The notes under the pieces are model-generated. The model was not told the DNA's origin, ran no database searches, and saw nothing but the letters and a program-made list of their open reading frames with translations. DNA of 64,000 bases from Candidatus Omnitrophota bacterium (GTDB taxonomy: Bacteria; Omnitrophota; Gorgyraeia; Zapsychrales; Zapsychraceae). Where the stretch lies: contig JACKFK010000008.1 of NCBI GenBank assembly GCA_020632515.1, forward strand, positions 8,171-72,170. The letters run 5' to 3'. Both the position numbers and the translations under genes were made by a program. This document shows positions 28,471 to 37,993 of the stretch, piece after piece; positions within the stretch are counted from its first letter, which is position 1; every line of letters starts with the position of its first letter.

Positions 28471-29658
28471 TTGAAGATGCGTTCAAGATTGGATTATGAA
28501 GAATTAGAAGAGAAAATTCTCGCCCCATACGCGATGAAAAGTAAAGAATCTTCAGGGCGTGTTTATAATGAACCGCAACACGAAGTGCGTACGTGTTACC
28601 AACGGGATCGTGATCGTATTGTTCATGCAGAGGCTTTTCGAAAACTCGAATACAAGACGCAGGTTTTTGTCATTTTTGAAGGTGATTATTATCGCACTAG
28701 ATTAACGCATACAATCGAGGTTGCGCAAATTGCCAGAACCATAGGCAGGTCTTTACGTCTTAATGAAGATTTGATTGAAGCTATTGCGCTTGCTCATGAT
28801 CTGGGACATCCGCCATTTGGTCATGCAGGGGAATACGCTCTTGACGAATTAATGAAAAAATATAATGCAGATACTGGGTTTAATCACAATTTAAGAAGTT
28901 TTGAAATTGTCACGCAGGAGAAAAGATATCCTGATTTTGATGGATTAAATCTGAGTGAAGAGGTTTTATTGGGAATTTTAAAGCATCGAACTCAGTATGA
29001 TGAAGCCTCGGAAATTGCGCAATATAAAAATAAAGGAACAACGTTAGAAGCCCAAGTTGTTGATATTGCCGATTCTTTAGCGTATCTCTCGCATGATATT
29101 GATGATGGGATTACATCGGGCTGTTTGACAAAAGAAGATCTTATGGAAAGTGTGTTGTGGCAAAAAGTGTACGCAAGGGTGCAGGACGAAAAAATTATTA
29201 GTGATCCTAATATGTTGAAATATCAGATTGTCAAAGCTATTATTGATTTTCAAATTAAAGATTTGTTAAAATTCTCCATCGATAAAATTAAAAATCTTAA
29301 TTTTCGATCTTCTCGCGAAGTTTTGGAGTATACGAATCAAAATCCTGATAAAAGTATTATTCGTTTTAGTGAATCCATGTTTCAAGAAAGAACGGCTTTG
29401 CAGAAATTGCTTGAGATAAAATTATATCATCATTATCGTGTCGTAAGGATGACGGATAAAGCTAGGCGTATTATCAGTGATTTGTTTGAAGTCTATAAGA
29501 CTACACCAAATCAATTACCGTATCACATTTATCGACGTAATATGAATCAAGATGATAAAGAAGTTAACCGTATTATTTGCAATTATATTGCATCAATGAC
29601 AGACAGGTTTGCATTAGATGAGCACAAAAAACTCTTCGACCCCTATCAAAAAGTATAG
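28471..29658 (+). CDS. dgt: dGTP triphosphohydrolase-like HD-domain protein
   Basis: YQRDRDRIVH, FRKLEYKTQVF, RLTHTIEVAQI, AHDLGHPPFGH, DIADSLAYLSHDIDD. Confidence 0.88.
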   Translation: MKMRSRLDYEELEEKILAPYAMKSKESSGRVYNEPQHEVRTCYQRDRDRIVHAEAFRKLEYKTQVFVIFEGDYYRTRLTHTIEVAQIARTIGRSLRLNEDLIEAIALAHDLGHPPFGHAGEYALDELMKKYNADTGFNHNLRSFEIVTQEKRYPDFDGLNLSEEVLLGILKHRTQYDEASEIAQYKNKGTTLEAQVVDIADSLAYLSHDIDDGITSGCLTKEDLMESVLWQKVYARVQDEKIISDPNMLKYQIVKAIIDFQIKDLLKFSIDKIKNLNFRSSREVLEYTNQNPDKSIIRFSESMFQERTALQKLLEIKLYHHYRVVRMTDKARRIISDLFEVYKTTPNQLPYHIYRRNMNQDDKEVNRIICNYIASMTDRFALDEHKKLFDPYQKV

Positions 29659-30688
29659 ATTAATTTTATCAGCCGTGCATATGGTTTATAGGTTGATTAA
29701 TTCGACGTATAACGTGCAAGAACTGATTCTTCGATTGACGAGGTTGTTGTGTCAGTTTATTAAAGCTGATTCGTCGGTAGTTTACTTATTGGATCCCGCG
29801 AAACAAAAAGTTTTTCTTAAAGCAAGTTTCGATAACAAAATCAATATTCTAATAAAAAAGAAAAAGGAACTTTCGAAAGTGACTCCTGAAATTGATCGGG
29901 CTTTAAAAGGATATACAGTTTTCCAGAATGATATTATTGGGATCCCGTTAGTAGCGGATGAAATTGTGGGAGCTATTTTTGTAATGCGTAAAGAGGCAGA
30001 TCCATTTACAGAATTTGATAAAGAGATTCTTTCTGTTGTGGCGGAACAGTCGGTGACAGCGATTAAAAATTTACAACTATATGAGGAACAGCAAAAAGTA
30101 ATTTTAGGAAGTATCGAATTTATTGGAAAATTATTGGAGCAGCATGGGCACGCCTCGGCGATTAAACATACACCGGTCTATTTTAAGATTGTTAAGTCTT
30201 TAGCTGAAAAATTAAATATGGTGCAAGATGAAATCGATTCTTTATTTTATGCCAGTATCCTTAGAGATGCGGGAGCTATTGACGTGCCTTATAATATTCT
30301 TGCGAAAACGAGTCATCTTACCCCTGAGGAATTTAAAGTTATACGTCAACAACCGACGAGGAGTGCAGAATTAATTCGGCCGGTAGAATTCTTGAAACCT
30401 GTTTTGCCGATTATTTTATATCATCATGAAAATTATGATGGAACTGGGTACCCGTCGGGTCTTAAGAAAGAACAAATTCCTCTCGGCGCTAGAATTATGT
30501 CAGTTGTTAATGCTTTTGAAGCTATGACAAGGGAACGGCCTTATAAAAATCGTTTGTCTGTCACGGATGCTATTTTAGAATTGAAGAAAAATAGTGGAAC
30601 ACAGTTTGATCCAAAAGTTGTACATGCTTTTGTGGAGTTATCGAAACTAAAAAACTTTAGAAAATGCTTGAGTTCACCTGACGAATAA
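29618..30688 (+). CDS. GAF + HD-GYP domain protein (putative cyclic-di-GMP phosphodiesterase)
   Basis: N-terminal GAF-like region; HHENYDGTGYP signature; start may be the internal ATG at 29681. Confidence 0.82.
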   Translation: MSTKNSSTPIKKYRLILSAVHMVYRLINSTYNVQELILRLTRLLCQFIKADSSVVYLLDPAKQKVFLKASFDNKINILIKKKKELSKVTPEIDRALKGYTVFQNDIIGIPLVADEIVGAIFVMRKEADPFTEFDKEILSVVAEQSVTAIKNLQLYEEQQKVILGSIEFIGKLLEQHGHASAIKHTPVYFKIVKSLAEKLNMVQDEIDSLFYASILRDAGAIDVPYNILAKTSHLTPEEFKVIRQQPTRSAELIRPVEFLKPVLPIILYHHENYDGTGYPSGLKKEQIPLGARIMSVVNAFEAMTRERPYKNRLSVTDAILELKKNSGTQFDPKVVHAFVELSKLKNFRKCLSSPDE

Positions 30689-30704
30689 TTTTATAATACG
30701 TTTT

Positions 30705-31319
30705 ATGAATCCAGACTATCATTCCCATGCCCAATTTGAACTCTTTCCAGCGGAAGAGGATCAGCAACAACCCCGTTCTTCAAAAGTTATTTTTCGCGAA
30801 TGGCGTTTTAACTTAGAGAACCTTATTGTCATAAATATTTTAGTAGTCATTCTTCTTATAGTAACTTTCTCATTTGGTGTCAAAAGGGGAAAAAAGCTGG
30901 TTTTGCTCGATATTCCGCAAGGACAAAAAAAATCTTTGAAAATTGAAGAAAGTGCTATAATAGAACCCATTGTGCAGCCTGAAATTGCGGCTGAGACAGT
31001 TGCGGGGCAGGGTGATAGTACGACTGTTGTTTTGAGTATGGAAGCTCCTGTTGAAAAGGCGATAACAATTCCTTTAGAAAAGTTATTATCGCAGTCAATT
31101 GAAAATAGTTTCACAATTCAAGTTGCGTCATTTCAAGCAAAGGAAAGCGCCCAAAAAGAAGCAACCCGCTTAAAACAAAAAGGTTACGAAACTTTTATAA
31201 TGTCAAAGGGCAAGCATTCTATTGTTTGTGTTGGGAAATTTGCTCAGAAGGAAGAAGCTAAGGCTTTTATGCCGAAATTAAAAACTCGCTATAGCGATTG
31301 TTTAGTAAGGAGATTATAA
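30705..31319 (+). CDS. SPOR-domain membrane protein
   Basis: One TM helix, C-terminal FTIQVASFQAKESAQKEATRLKQKGYETFIM...GKFAQKEEAKAF SPOR repeat. Confidence 0.8.
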   Translation: MNPDYHSHAQFELFPAEEDQQQPRSSKVIFREWRFNLENLIVINILVVILLIVTFSFGVKRGKKLVLLDIPQGQKKSLKIEESAIIEPIVQPEIAAETVAGQGDSTTVVLSMEAPVEKAITIPLEKLLSQSIENSFTIQVASFQAKESAQKEATRLKQKGYETFIMSKGKHSIVCVGKFAQKEEAKAFMPKLKTRYSDCLVRRL

Positions 31320-31531
31320 TGTCGATTCATCCATCATTGAAAATTGATACGGCTGGAATTCAACAACGAACAGTTTTAACTAGGATTGAACGGATCAAAG
31401 ACCTTATGCGTAAAGGGGATTGGTCTGAAGGGCAGAATGTTACAGGATTGCCTAAAACAAAGATCGTGAAGGTTAAAGCTCGCAGAAAAACAAAAGAAGA
31501 AAAAGAAGAAGAAAAATCTGCAAAGAAATAA
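31319..31531 (+). CDS. small lysine-rich basic protein (resembles the small basic protein family of PVC-group bacteria, from memory)
   Basis: ATG at 31319 follows AAGGAG and overlaps the SPOR stop by 1 nt (TAATG); MSIHPSLKIDTAG...VLTRIERIKDLMRKGDW...GLPKTKIV then K/E-rich tail. Confidence 0.6.
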   Translation: MSIHPSLKIDTAGIQQRTVLTRIERIKDLMRKGDWSEGQNVTGLPKTKIVKVKARRKTKEEKEEEKSAKK

Positions 31532-31545
31532 ACGTCTACTGTTTG

Positions 31546-31583
31546 AATCCGTCTGCGTTGAAAAATTCAGACGGATTTTTATT
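31546..31583 (+). terminator. rho-independent terminator
   Basis: AATCCGTCTG ... CAGACGGATT perfect 10-bp stem then TTTATT. Confidence 0.8.
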
Positions 31584-31674
31584 CCTACATAATGTGTGAC
31601 GATATTATTTTGTTAGTGAAGATTTTTCCAAAAGAATTTATTAATTCCATTCTTAAATCAATTTCTGAGAATCT

Positions 31675-32604
31675 ATGAGACTTTTCTTAATTGCCTTATC
31701 TTTTATTATTTTCTTTAATTCCAATCTGCAAGCTCAAGAAGATTTATTCCCCTTTGTTGGTCAAATTTCCTCGAATAGTGTCAATATTCGCGCTGGATTA
31801 AATAAGAATTTTGAACAGCTTTGCCAGCTCAGTCAAGGTGAGGAAGTTTTGGTTGTGGAAAAAAGTTACGGCTGGTATAAAATTAAACTTCCTTTAGTAG
31901 CGAAAAGTTATATCAGTAACGAATTTGTTTTAACAAATAATAATATTGATGGAGAGGTTGTTTCTGAGCGGGTTAATGTTAGAGCTGGACCAGGAATTAA
32001 TCATACCGTGTTAGGGCAAATCAATAGTGGATATCGGATTCAAATTCTTGAGGTTATTGGTGATTGGTATAGAATTAAACCTATAGACGAGTCTTTTGGA
32101 TGGGTATCTGAAGAATTAGTAAGTTTTAAATCTAGGGATATTGAAAGTTTTCAATGGAAACATCTTGTTCAAGATGTGCCGCCGAGGCCTGTTCAGATTG
32201 ATGAAGTTGCTGTTAAGGCAGCAAAATCAACCCTTGAAGATAAAATAAAAGAGCCTTTGGTTGAAGAAACGAAAACTGAAGATCATGTTGATCAAGTTAG
32301 GAAAAAATCAGAAGAAGTAAAAAAATCCGAGGCTGTCGCCGTGGTTGAGTCTATAGTCGTCGAAGCGCAAAAGGATGTTATTTTAGAAGGGAAATTAATC
32401 CAATCTACGGAAAAAGGTTTGCCGGATGTGGCATTTATTTTAATTCTAGATGATCAAAGTATGTATTTTGTGAAAGGTTTAAAACGTCTTCTTCATAACT
32501 ATCTTGGATACAAAATCAGGGTAAAAGGTGATGTCAGCCCTGAAACTATTAGTTCCTTCAATAATCCTCTTATTGATATTCAAGAGTTTCAATTAATGTT
32601 ATAA
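31675..32604 (+). CDS. secreted protein with two bacterial SH3 domains
   Basis: Signal peptide MRLFLIALSFIIFFNSNLQA; two copies of VNIRAG...GWYKIK / VNVRAGPG...DWYRIK SH3b pattern. Confidence 0.75.
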   Translation: MRLFLIALSFIIFFNSNLQAQEDLFPFVGQISSNSVNIRAGLNKNFEQLCQLSQGEEVLVVEKSYGWYKIKLPLVAKSYISNEFVLTNNNIDGEVVSERVNVRAGPGINHTVLGQINSGYRIQILEVIGDWYRIKPIDESFGWVSEELVSFKSRDIESFQWKHLVQDVPPRPVQIDEVAVKAAKSTLEDKIKEPLVEETKTEDHVDQVRKKSEEVKKSEAVAVVESIVVEAQKDVILEGKLIQSTEKGLPDVAFILILDDQSMYFVKGLKRLLHNYLGYKIRVKGDVSPETISSFNNPLIDIQEFQLML

Positions 32605-32668
32605 TGGCTTCTGTTTTTAACTCACAGATATTCTCACATAAACCGTATCACTATTTTTTGAGGAAATT

Positions 32669-33295
32669 ATGAATATAATTTCTATATTAATTATCGCTGT
32701 TATTGTAATGAGCGCGATTATTTTTCATGAAGTCGCGCATGGCTGGGTAGCAAATCAGTGTGGAGATCCAACGGCGAAAGAGCAGGGGCGGTTATCATTG
32801 AATCCGCTAAAACATATTGATCCTATAGGAACTGTGTTGATCCCAGGGGTTTTAATTTATTTGCGTTTTATTGGCGTGCAGACGTTTGTGTTTGGCTGGG
32901 CAAAACCAGTGCCGGTTAATTTTTTACGATTACGTCGTCCAAAAACAGACATGATATGGGTCGGTATGGCGGGGCCGTTTGTTAATGTTGTTATGGCGAT
33001 TAGTTTTAGTTTATTGATTCATATTCCTATGTTTGAGAAATATGGAGATGTGACTGCGCTGGCGGTTTTTGTAAACCTTCTTTTAGCCGTATTTAATATG
33101 ATTCCAATTCCGCCTTTAGACGGATCTCGTTTGGTAATGGGGTTATTGCCGGCAGCATTAGGCCGTATTTATGGTCAATTGGAACGTTATGGTATTTTAA
33201 TTGTTGTTGTTTTGTTGTATCTTGGAGTATTTGAATGGGCTGTTTTTCCCGTCGTTCAGTTTTTAGGTGGGTTATTAGGAGTTAATTTTGTATGA
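32669..33295 (+). CDS. M50-family site-2 protease-like membrane metalloprotease
   Basis: HEVAHG (HExxH) in TM1, NLLLAVFNMIPIPPLDG second motif, 208 aa polytopic. Confidence 0.85.
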   Translation: MNIISILIIAVIVMSAIIFHEVAHGWVANQCGDPTAKEQGRLSLNPLKHIDPIGTVLIPGVLIYLRFIGVQTFVFGWAKPVPVNFLRLRRPKTDMIWVGMAGPFVNVVMAISFSLLIHIPMFEKYGDVTALAVFVNLLLAVFNMIPIPPLDGSRLVMGLLPAALGRIYGQLERYGILIVVVLLYLGVFEWAVFPVVQFLGGLLGVNFV

Positions 33296-34380
33296 AAATC
33301 GTGAATGTGGCATTAAATAGTTCTCCATATAAGATTATTATAGGGGAGAATACATTTAAAGAAATTAGCGGACAGCTTAAACGATTATCGTTAAGTCCAA
33401 ATGCAATTATCATAACAAATCCTATCGTTGGGAAGTTATATCAACGGACACTGGTTTCAGCGTTAAATAAAAATAACATTACAGCTAAAGTGATCCAGGT
33501 TCCTGACGGAGAGAAGAGCAAATCATTAAAATATGTGCAGATTCTTTTAGAAACGATTGCTGAATATGATCAATTAAAGAATGTGTTTATTATTGCCCTC
33601 GGGGGCGGTGTCATTGGTGATTTGGCCGGATTTGTAGCGGCAATATATAAAAGGGGTGTTGATTTTGTGCAGGTTCCGACTACACTCCTAGCGCAGATTG
33701 ATTCGGCAATTGGCGGTAAAGTAGGGGTAGACTTAAATATTGGAAAGAATTTAGTGGGGGCTTTTTATCAGCCAAAGATTGTTTATTCGGATGTTGCATT
33801 ATTATCGTCATTAAATATCCGGCAGATTCGTAATGGCTTGGCTGAGGCGATTAAGTACGGGATTATCTATGATTCAAAATTTTTTAAGTTTATTGAACAA
33901 AATTATTCTTTGTTGCTCAAAAAAGATTTAGGAACGTTATTGAAGGTTGTGCATCGGTGCTCGCAGATCAAGGCTGAAGTAGTATTAGCTGATGAGAAGG
34001 AAACAAAAAGCATAAGAACCATTTTGAATTTTGGGCATACATTGGGTCATGCCATTGAAGCCGCCGGGAAATATAAACTTTATCATCATGGCGAGGCGAT
34101 TGCTTTGGGGATGCGAATGGCAGCGGATTTGTCTTTGAAGAAAAAGCTGATTAACAGCAGTCAAGTGCAACAGATCAACAGTTTAATTAGTAATGTTGGT
34201 CTTCCGGAGAAAGTCAAAAATATCAAAGTGCCACAAATATTAAAAATTATGCAGTATGATAAAAAGTTTATTTCCGGCAAGAATCGTTTCGTGTTGGCTG
34301 AGAAGATTGGTAAGGTTAGGGTTGTAGAAGCGTTGCCAATTAAGATGATTGAGGCGTCAATCCGGAAGTTTATGGTGTAG
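33292..34380 (+). CDS. aroB: 3-dehydroquinate synthase
   Basis: GGGVIGDLAGFVAA, VQVPTTLLAQIDSAIGGK, NFGHTLGHAIE. Confidence 0.95.
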   Translation: MKIVNVALNSSPYKIIIGENTFKEISGQLKRLSLSPNAIIITNPIVGKLYQRTLVSALNKNNITAKVIQVPDGEKSKSLKYVQILLETIAEYDQLKNVFIIALGGGVIGDLAGFVAAIYKRGVDFVQVPTTLLAQIDSAIGGKVGVDLNIGKNLVGAFYQPKIVYSDVALLSSLNIRQIRNGLAEAIKYGIIYDSKFFKFIEQNYSLLLKKDLGTLLKVVHRCSQIKAEVVLADEKETKSIRTILNFGHTLGHAIEAAGKYKLYHHGEAIALGMRMAADLSLKKKLINSSQVQQINSLISNVGLPEKVKNIKVPQILKIMQYDKKFISGKNRFVLAEKIGKVRVVEALPIKMIEASIRKFMV

Positions 34381-34405
34381 TTTGCGAGAAATTGATAAGT
34401 AAGGA

Positions 34406-34930
34406 TTAAGGAGCCGCGTACTGACGGACATGTAAGGTAATAATATCATCTTTGTTGAGTAAATCGACCTTCTTTAAGTTTATATTAATAATTTTCATTC
34501 CATTAATATACTCACCTAATTCATAAATCTCATTATTAATGAGAGCTACACGTTTGCTATCCATCATCATAGTTCCACTGAGAATAAGGTTGGTTTCGGT
34601 GGGCTTTTTTATTTCTGGGAGGCTGATTGACTGGAGTATTTTTGTTGGTGAAATATTATCAATTGCTGTGGGAATAGTTTTGGTTGGAAATTTAACTGTT
34701 TTCCACAAAGGTAAAGAAACAACAATTAATAAAAAGAAAATAAGACTTAAAAAGAAATATTTTTTACCTTTTGATTTAGAGGGAAGAGGGGGAGGTTTTT
34801 GTTCTGAAGAGATATCTAATGGTTTTATGATTTTTTTATTCGGATCTTCCTTTTTGGGACTAGGTTGCGGTTGATCTGTTTTTGCAAGGTTTGATTGGGT
34901 TTTTTTTAATGCATCGTGAATAATGCTCAT
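34406..34930 (-). CDS. GspB/ExeB-like membrane protein (partner of ExeA)
   Basis: N-terminal MSIIHDALKK, one TM helix, C-terminal LILSGTMMMDSKRVALINNEIYELGEYINGMKIININ; overlaps the exeA-like stop by 4 nt. Confidence 0.6.
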   Translation of the reverse strand: MSIIHDALKKTQSNLAKTDQPQPSPKKEDPNKKIIKPLDISSEQKPPPLPSKSKGKKYFFLSLIFFLLIVVSLPLWKTVKFPTKTIPTAIDNISPTKILQSISLPEIKKPTETNLILSGTMMMDSKRVALINNEIYELGEYINGMKIININLKKVDLLNKDDIITLHVRQYAAP

Positions 34931-35745
34931 TTGCAGCCCACCTCTTTTACTGATTCATAAACAATGTTTTCATCAATGGTATAAGTTCCTATAGCGAAAC
35001 CAGCAAGCAATGCCCGGTCGCAAATAATATTGATCATGCGCGGAGTTCCTTTTGAAAGTCTGTAAATGGCGTTAATCGCTTCATTAGAAAAGGTTACTTT
35101 GGGTGTTAAGTTTATTGGAGAATTGGCTATATTTAACCGGTGCACAATATACTCATGTAATTCGTCTTTAGATAAGGGAAGGATATGGTAGCGCACGGAA
35201 ACGCGTTGATTAAGTTGACGGAGATTGGGTAGTTTAAGCAGATCGTGTAGTTCTGGTTGTCCGATTAATACAATCTGCAAAAGTTTTTCTTTCTCTGTTT
35301 CTAGATTGGAAAGAAGACGGATTTGTTCAAGCTGTTTTACACCTAAATTTTGCGCTTCATCAACAATGATAACAACATTGTTGCCTAAACTGCTTTCATT
35401 CAGAAGAAATTCATTAAGGGCGTTGACTAAATCAAACTTATTTCGGAGTCGGCCTTGAATGCCTAAATCTTTTACAATCAATTGAAGTAACTGTAACGCT
35501 GAGAAATTTGGATTTAGGATTAAAGCGGTTTTGGTATTATCATCCAAGCGATTTAAGAAGGTCCGGCATAAAGTAGTTTTTCCTGTGCCGATTTCTCCGG
35601 TAATAACAATAATTCCTTTGCGTTGTGATATTCCATATTGAAGGTGTGAATAAGCCTCCCGATGATGAAGACTTGAAAAAAAGAAGTCAGGATCTGAGGT
35701 GATATTAAATGGATTCTCGGTCAACTGATAATATTCTTTATACAT
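34927..35745 (-). CDS. ExeA/GspA/MshM-type AAA ATPase
   Basis: PFNITSDPDFFF, Walker A GEIGTGKTT, Walker B VIIVDEAQNL, LVLIGQPEL. Confidence 0.82.
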   Translation of the reverse strand: MYKEYYQLTENPFNITSDPDFFFSSLHHREAYSHLQYGISQRKGIIVITGEIGTGKTTLCRTFLNRLDDNTKTALILNPNFSALQLLQLIVKDLGIQGRLRNKFDLVNALNEFLLNESSLGNNVVIIVDEAQNLGVKQLEQIRLLSNLETEKEKLLQIVLIGQPELHDLLKLPNLRQLNQRVSVRYHILPLSKDELHEYIVHRLNIANSPINLTPKVTFSNEAINAIYRLSKGTPRMINIICDRALLAGFAIGTYTIDENIVYESVKEVGCK

Positions 35746-35886
35746 AAGTGCAGCTATTATAACATGTGATTTCTTTTTGGTAAATCAGCTTCAGAAAAAA
35801 GATTATTAATTTAAATAAGCGTAAATAGGAATAAATGTGTATAGGGTTTAAAGTAAAATTGTAAAGGGGTATAGGTTAAAAAATGA

Positions 35887-35914
35887 TTGTCTTGAAGAAT
35901 TATTATGTTATAAT
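35887..35914 (+). promoter_or_regulatory. sigma70-type promoter for the PilZ cluster
   Basis: TTGTCT-N16-TATAAT with extended -10 TGT (TGTTATAAT at 35906-35914), 39 nt before the ATG. Confidence 0.5.
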
Positions 35915-35952
35915 GCACCATTATTAATATTTATATAGATAATTGAAATTTA

Positions 35953-36306
35953 ATGGTTATTCAAGACTCCCAGGAAAAACGATTCTTTAATCGCATTCGA
36001 TTTACAGAGCCGGTTCAATTTCAACTTAAAGATCCGCATAAGTTTGGCGGATGTTTAGCTTGTGATATTAGTGAAGGTGGCGTTAAGATTAATTTGAATG
36101 AATTTCTTCCTTTAGGGACAGAAGTTAATTTGAATATCCATCTCGATGTGGAAAAAAATATTGAATGTTATGCCCAAGTTGTTTGGACAAAACAACTTCC
36201 ATATTCTGAGCGGTATCAGATTGGGTTGAAATTTACTCGTCCGCAAAGTTTATTGGAAGCTAGAAACGATATTAGGAAATTTTATAGTAATTCTAAACAT
36301 AATTGA
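35953..36306 (+). CDS. PilZ-domain protein
   Basis: RFFNR (RxxxR) and DISEGG (D/NxSxxG) c-di-GMP binding motifs. Confidence 0.85.
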   Translation: MVIQDSQEKRFFNRIRFTEPVQFQLKDPHKFGGCLACDISEGGVKINLNEFLPLGTEVNLNIHLDVEKNIECYAQVVWTKQLPYSERYQIGLKFTRPQSLLEARNDIRKFYSNSKHN

Positions 36307-36336
36307 TTCGGATTTTTGAAAGGAGTTGGTGAAATT

Positions 36337-36495
36337 ATGGCAGGTAATGATGAAGATATTTCAAAAAAATGCGCTCAAACTGGAACAACATTAAAGAGAG
36401 TTAAACGATATTTCCGAAATGGCAAATATTATATAAATAAAGCCGCATTTAGAGCCCACCAGAAAAAACTACAAGAAGGCACCGAAGAAAAATAG
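36337..36495 (+). CDS. hypothetical 52-aa basic protein (below ORF-track cutoff)
   Basis: GAAAGGAG 7 nt upstream of the ATG; MAGNDEDISKKCAQTGTTLKRVKRYFRNGKYYINKAAFRAHQKKLQEGTEEK; fills the gap between two PilZ genes. Confidence 0.5.
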   Translation: MAGNDEDISKKCAQTGTTLKRVKRYFRNGKYYINKAAFRAHQKKLQEGTEEK

Positions 36496-36550
36496 GCGTT
36501 AATTATTTTCTGCCGCCTAAAAAGCTTCAACTATTTCTTAAGGAGGGTAT

Positions 36551-36928
36551 GTGATCTTAAAACGAAGCAGTCAGGAACGAAGACAAAATCCTCGGATTGA
36601 AAACAATGTTCCGCTTAAGATTTGCTGCGATAATGGAGATTTTGTCACTGAAACTGGCAATATTAGTCGATCCGGCGCTTATTGCAAAGTAAATCGGTAT
36701 ATCGAACCGATGACGAAGTTGAAGATTCAATTACTTATCCCTTTAAAATCCGGTAATAAAATTACAACCAAAAAAATTTCCTGCCAAGGCGTTATTGTTC
36801 GGATCGAATCCGCAGATAAAGAACAAGAATATAATATTGCTATTTTCTTTAATGATATTTCTCAACGCGATGCGGAAAATATTGCTGACTATGTGAGCAC
36901 ATATCTTGAACAGGAACAGGAATCTTAA
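36551..36928 (+). CDS. PilZ-domain protein
   Basis: GTG start after AAGGAGG; RRQNPR (RxxxR) and NISRSG (NxSxxG). Confidence 0.85.
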   Translation: MILKRSSQERRQNPRIENNVPLKICCDNGDFVTETGNISRSGAYCKVNRYIEPMTKLKIQLLIPLKSGNKITTKKISCQGVIVRIESADKEQEYNIAIFFNDISQRDAENIADYVSTYLEQEQES

Positions 36929-36944
36929 TTAGTTTGTTTAAATC

Positions 36945-37631
36945 ATGAATCATGAAGCTGGCTTTTTAAGACGTCCTATTGAAATTTTATATGAAGATCA
37001 GCAATTTATTGTTTTTAATAAACCAGCAGGTTTATTGATCATTCCAACGCCTAAGAAAGAAAAGAATACGCTAACCAATATTGTTAATCATCAATATGCT
37101 CGTCAAGATCAACATTATAAATTGCATCCGTGCCATCGACTTGATCGGGAAACATCAGGAGTTATTGTCTATGCCAAGGGGAAGCAAAATCAGAAGTGGA
37201 TGATGGATGAATTTAAGAAAAAGGGTGTTACGAAAAATTATATTGCGTTAGTTTATGGTCAAGTTAAAAAAGGCAAAGGGGAACTAAAAAGTTACATTAA
37301 TGATTTGGACCATCGTAAATATCAAGGAAATACAAAGGCGCGGTTTTCAATTACGCAATATAAAGTTATTGAACAAAAAGCACAATATAGTATATTAGAT
37401 ATTAATCTTATAACTGGACGAACAAATCAGATTCGAATACAATTCAGTTCTATTGGTCATCCATTAGTCGGTGAACGTAAGTACGCGTTGGCGCGAGATT
37501 ATCAATTGAAATTTAAACGTGTCGCGTTGCACGCAAAACTTTTATCATGGGAAGATCCTCGTAGTAAAAAAAGAATTACTGTGAAAGCGCCTTTGCCAGA
37601 GGATATCAAAAAATTTATTCAGGAAAATTAA
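36945..37631 (+). CDS. RluA-family pseudouridine synthase
   Basis: HRLDRETSGVIVYAK catalytic Asp motif, GRTNQIRIQF. Confidence 0.9.
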   Translation: MNHEAGFLRRPIEILYEDQQFIVFNKPAGLLIIPTPKKEKNTLTNIVNHQYARQDQHYKLHPCHRLDRETSGVIVYAKGKQNQKWMMDEFKKKGVTKNYIALVYGQVKKGKGELKSYINDLDHRKYQGNTKARFSITQYKVIEQKAQYSILDINLITGRTNQIRIQFSSIGHPLVGERKYALARDYQLKFKRVALHAKLLSWEDPRSKKRITVKAPLPEDIKKFIQEN

Positions 37632-37661
37632 TATCAATAGATTGAAACAAGGGAGGGTGTT

Positions 37662-37973
37662 TTGGAAACAATGGTTAAAGGAAAGACATTAAATGAACTA
37701 TCTGCGTTATGCCATGGTATTGCGGTTGAAAAAGGGTTTTGGGAAACGGAACGCAATATCGGCGAAGCATTGATGTTGATTGTCACGGAATTAGCGGAAG
37801 CCATGGAAGCTCATCGTAAACAGGATGATGCCAATTTTAAAGAAGAGTTGGCCGATAGTTTTATCCGTTTATTAGATTTATGTGGAGGGTTAAAGATCGA
37901 TATCGAAGATGAGATTCATAAAAAATCATTAGTTAACAAAAAACGTCCATATAAGCACGGAAAGATTTGTTAA
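37662..37973 (+). CDS. MazG-like nucleoside triphosphate pyrophosphohydrolase
   Basis: 103 aa, LIVTELAEAMEA...EELADSFIRLLDL (EExxE/D helices). Confidence 0.7.
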   Translation: METMVKGKTLNELSALCHGIAVEKGFWETERNIGEALMLIVTELAEAMEAHRKQDDANFKEELADSFIRLLDLCGGLKIDIEDEIHKKSLVNKKRPYKHGKIC

Positions 37974-37993
37974 TTTTTACAAATGTCAAGATA

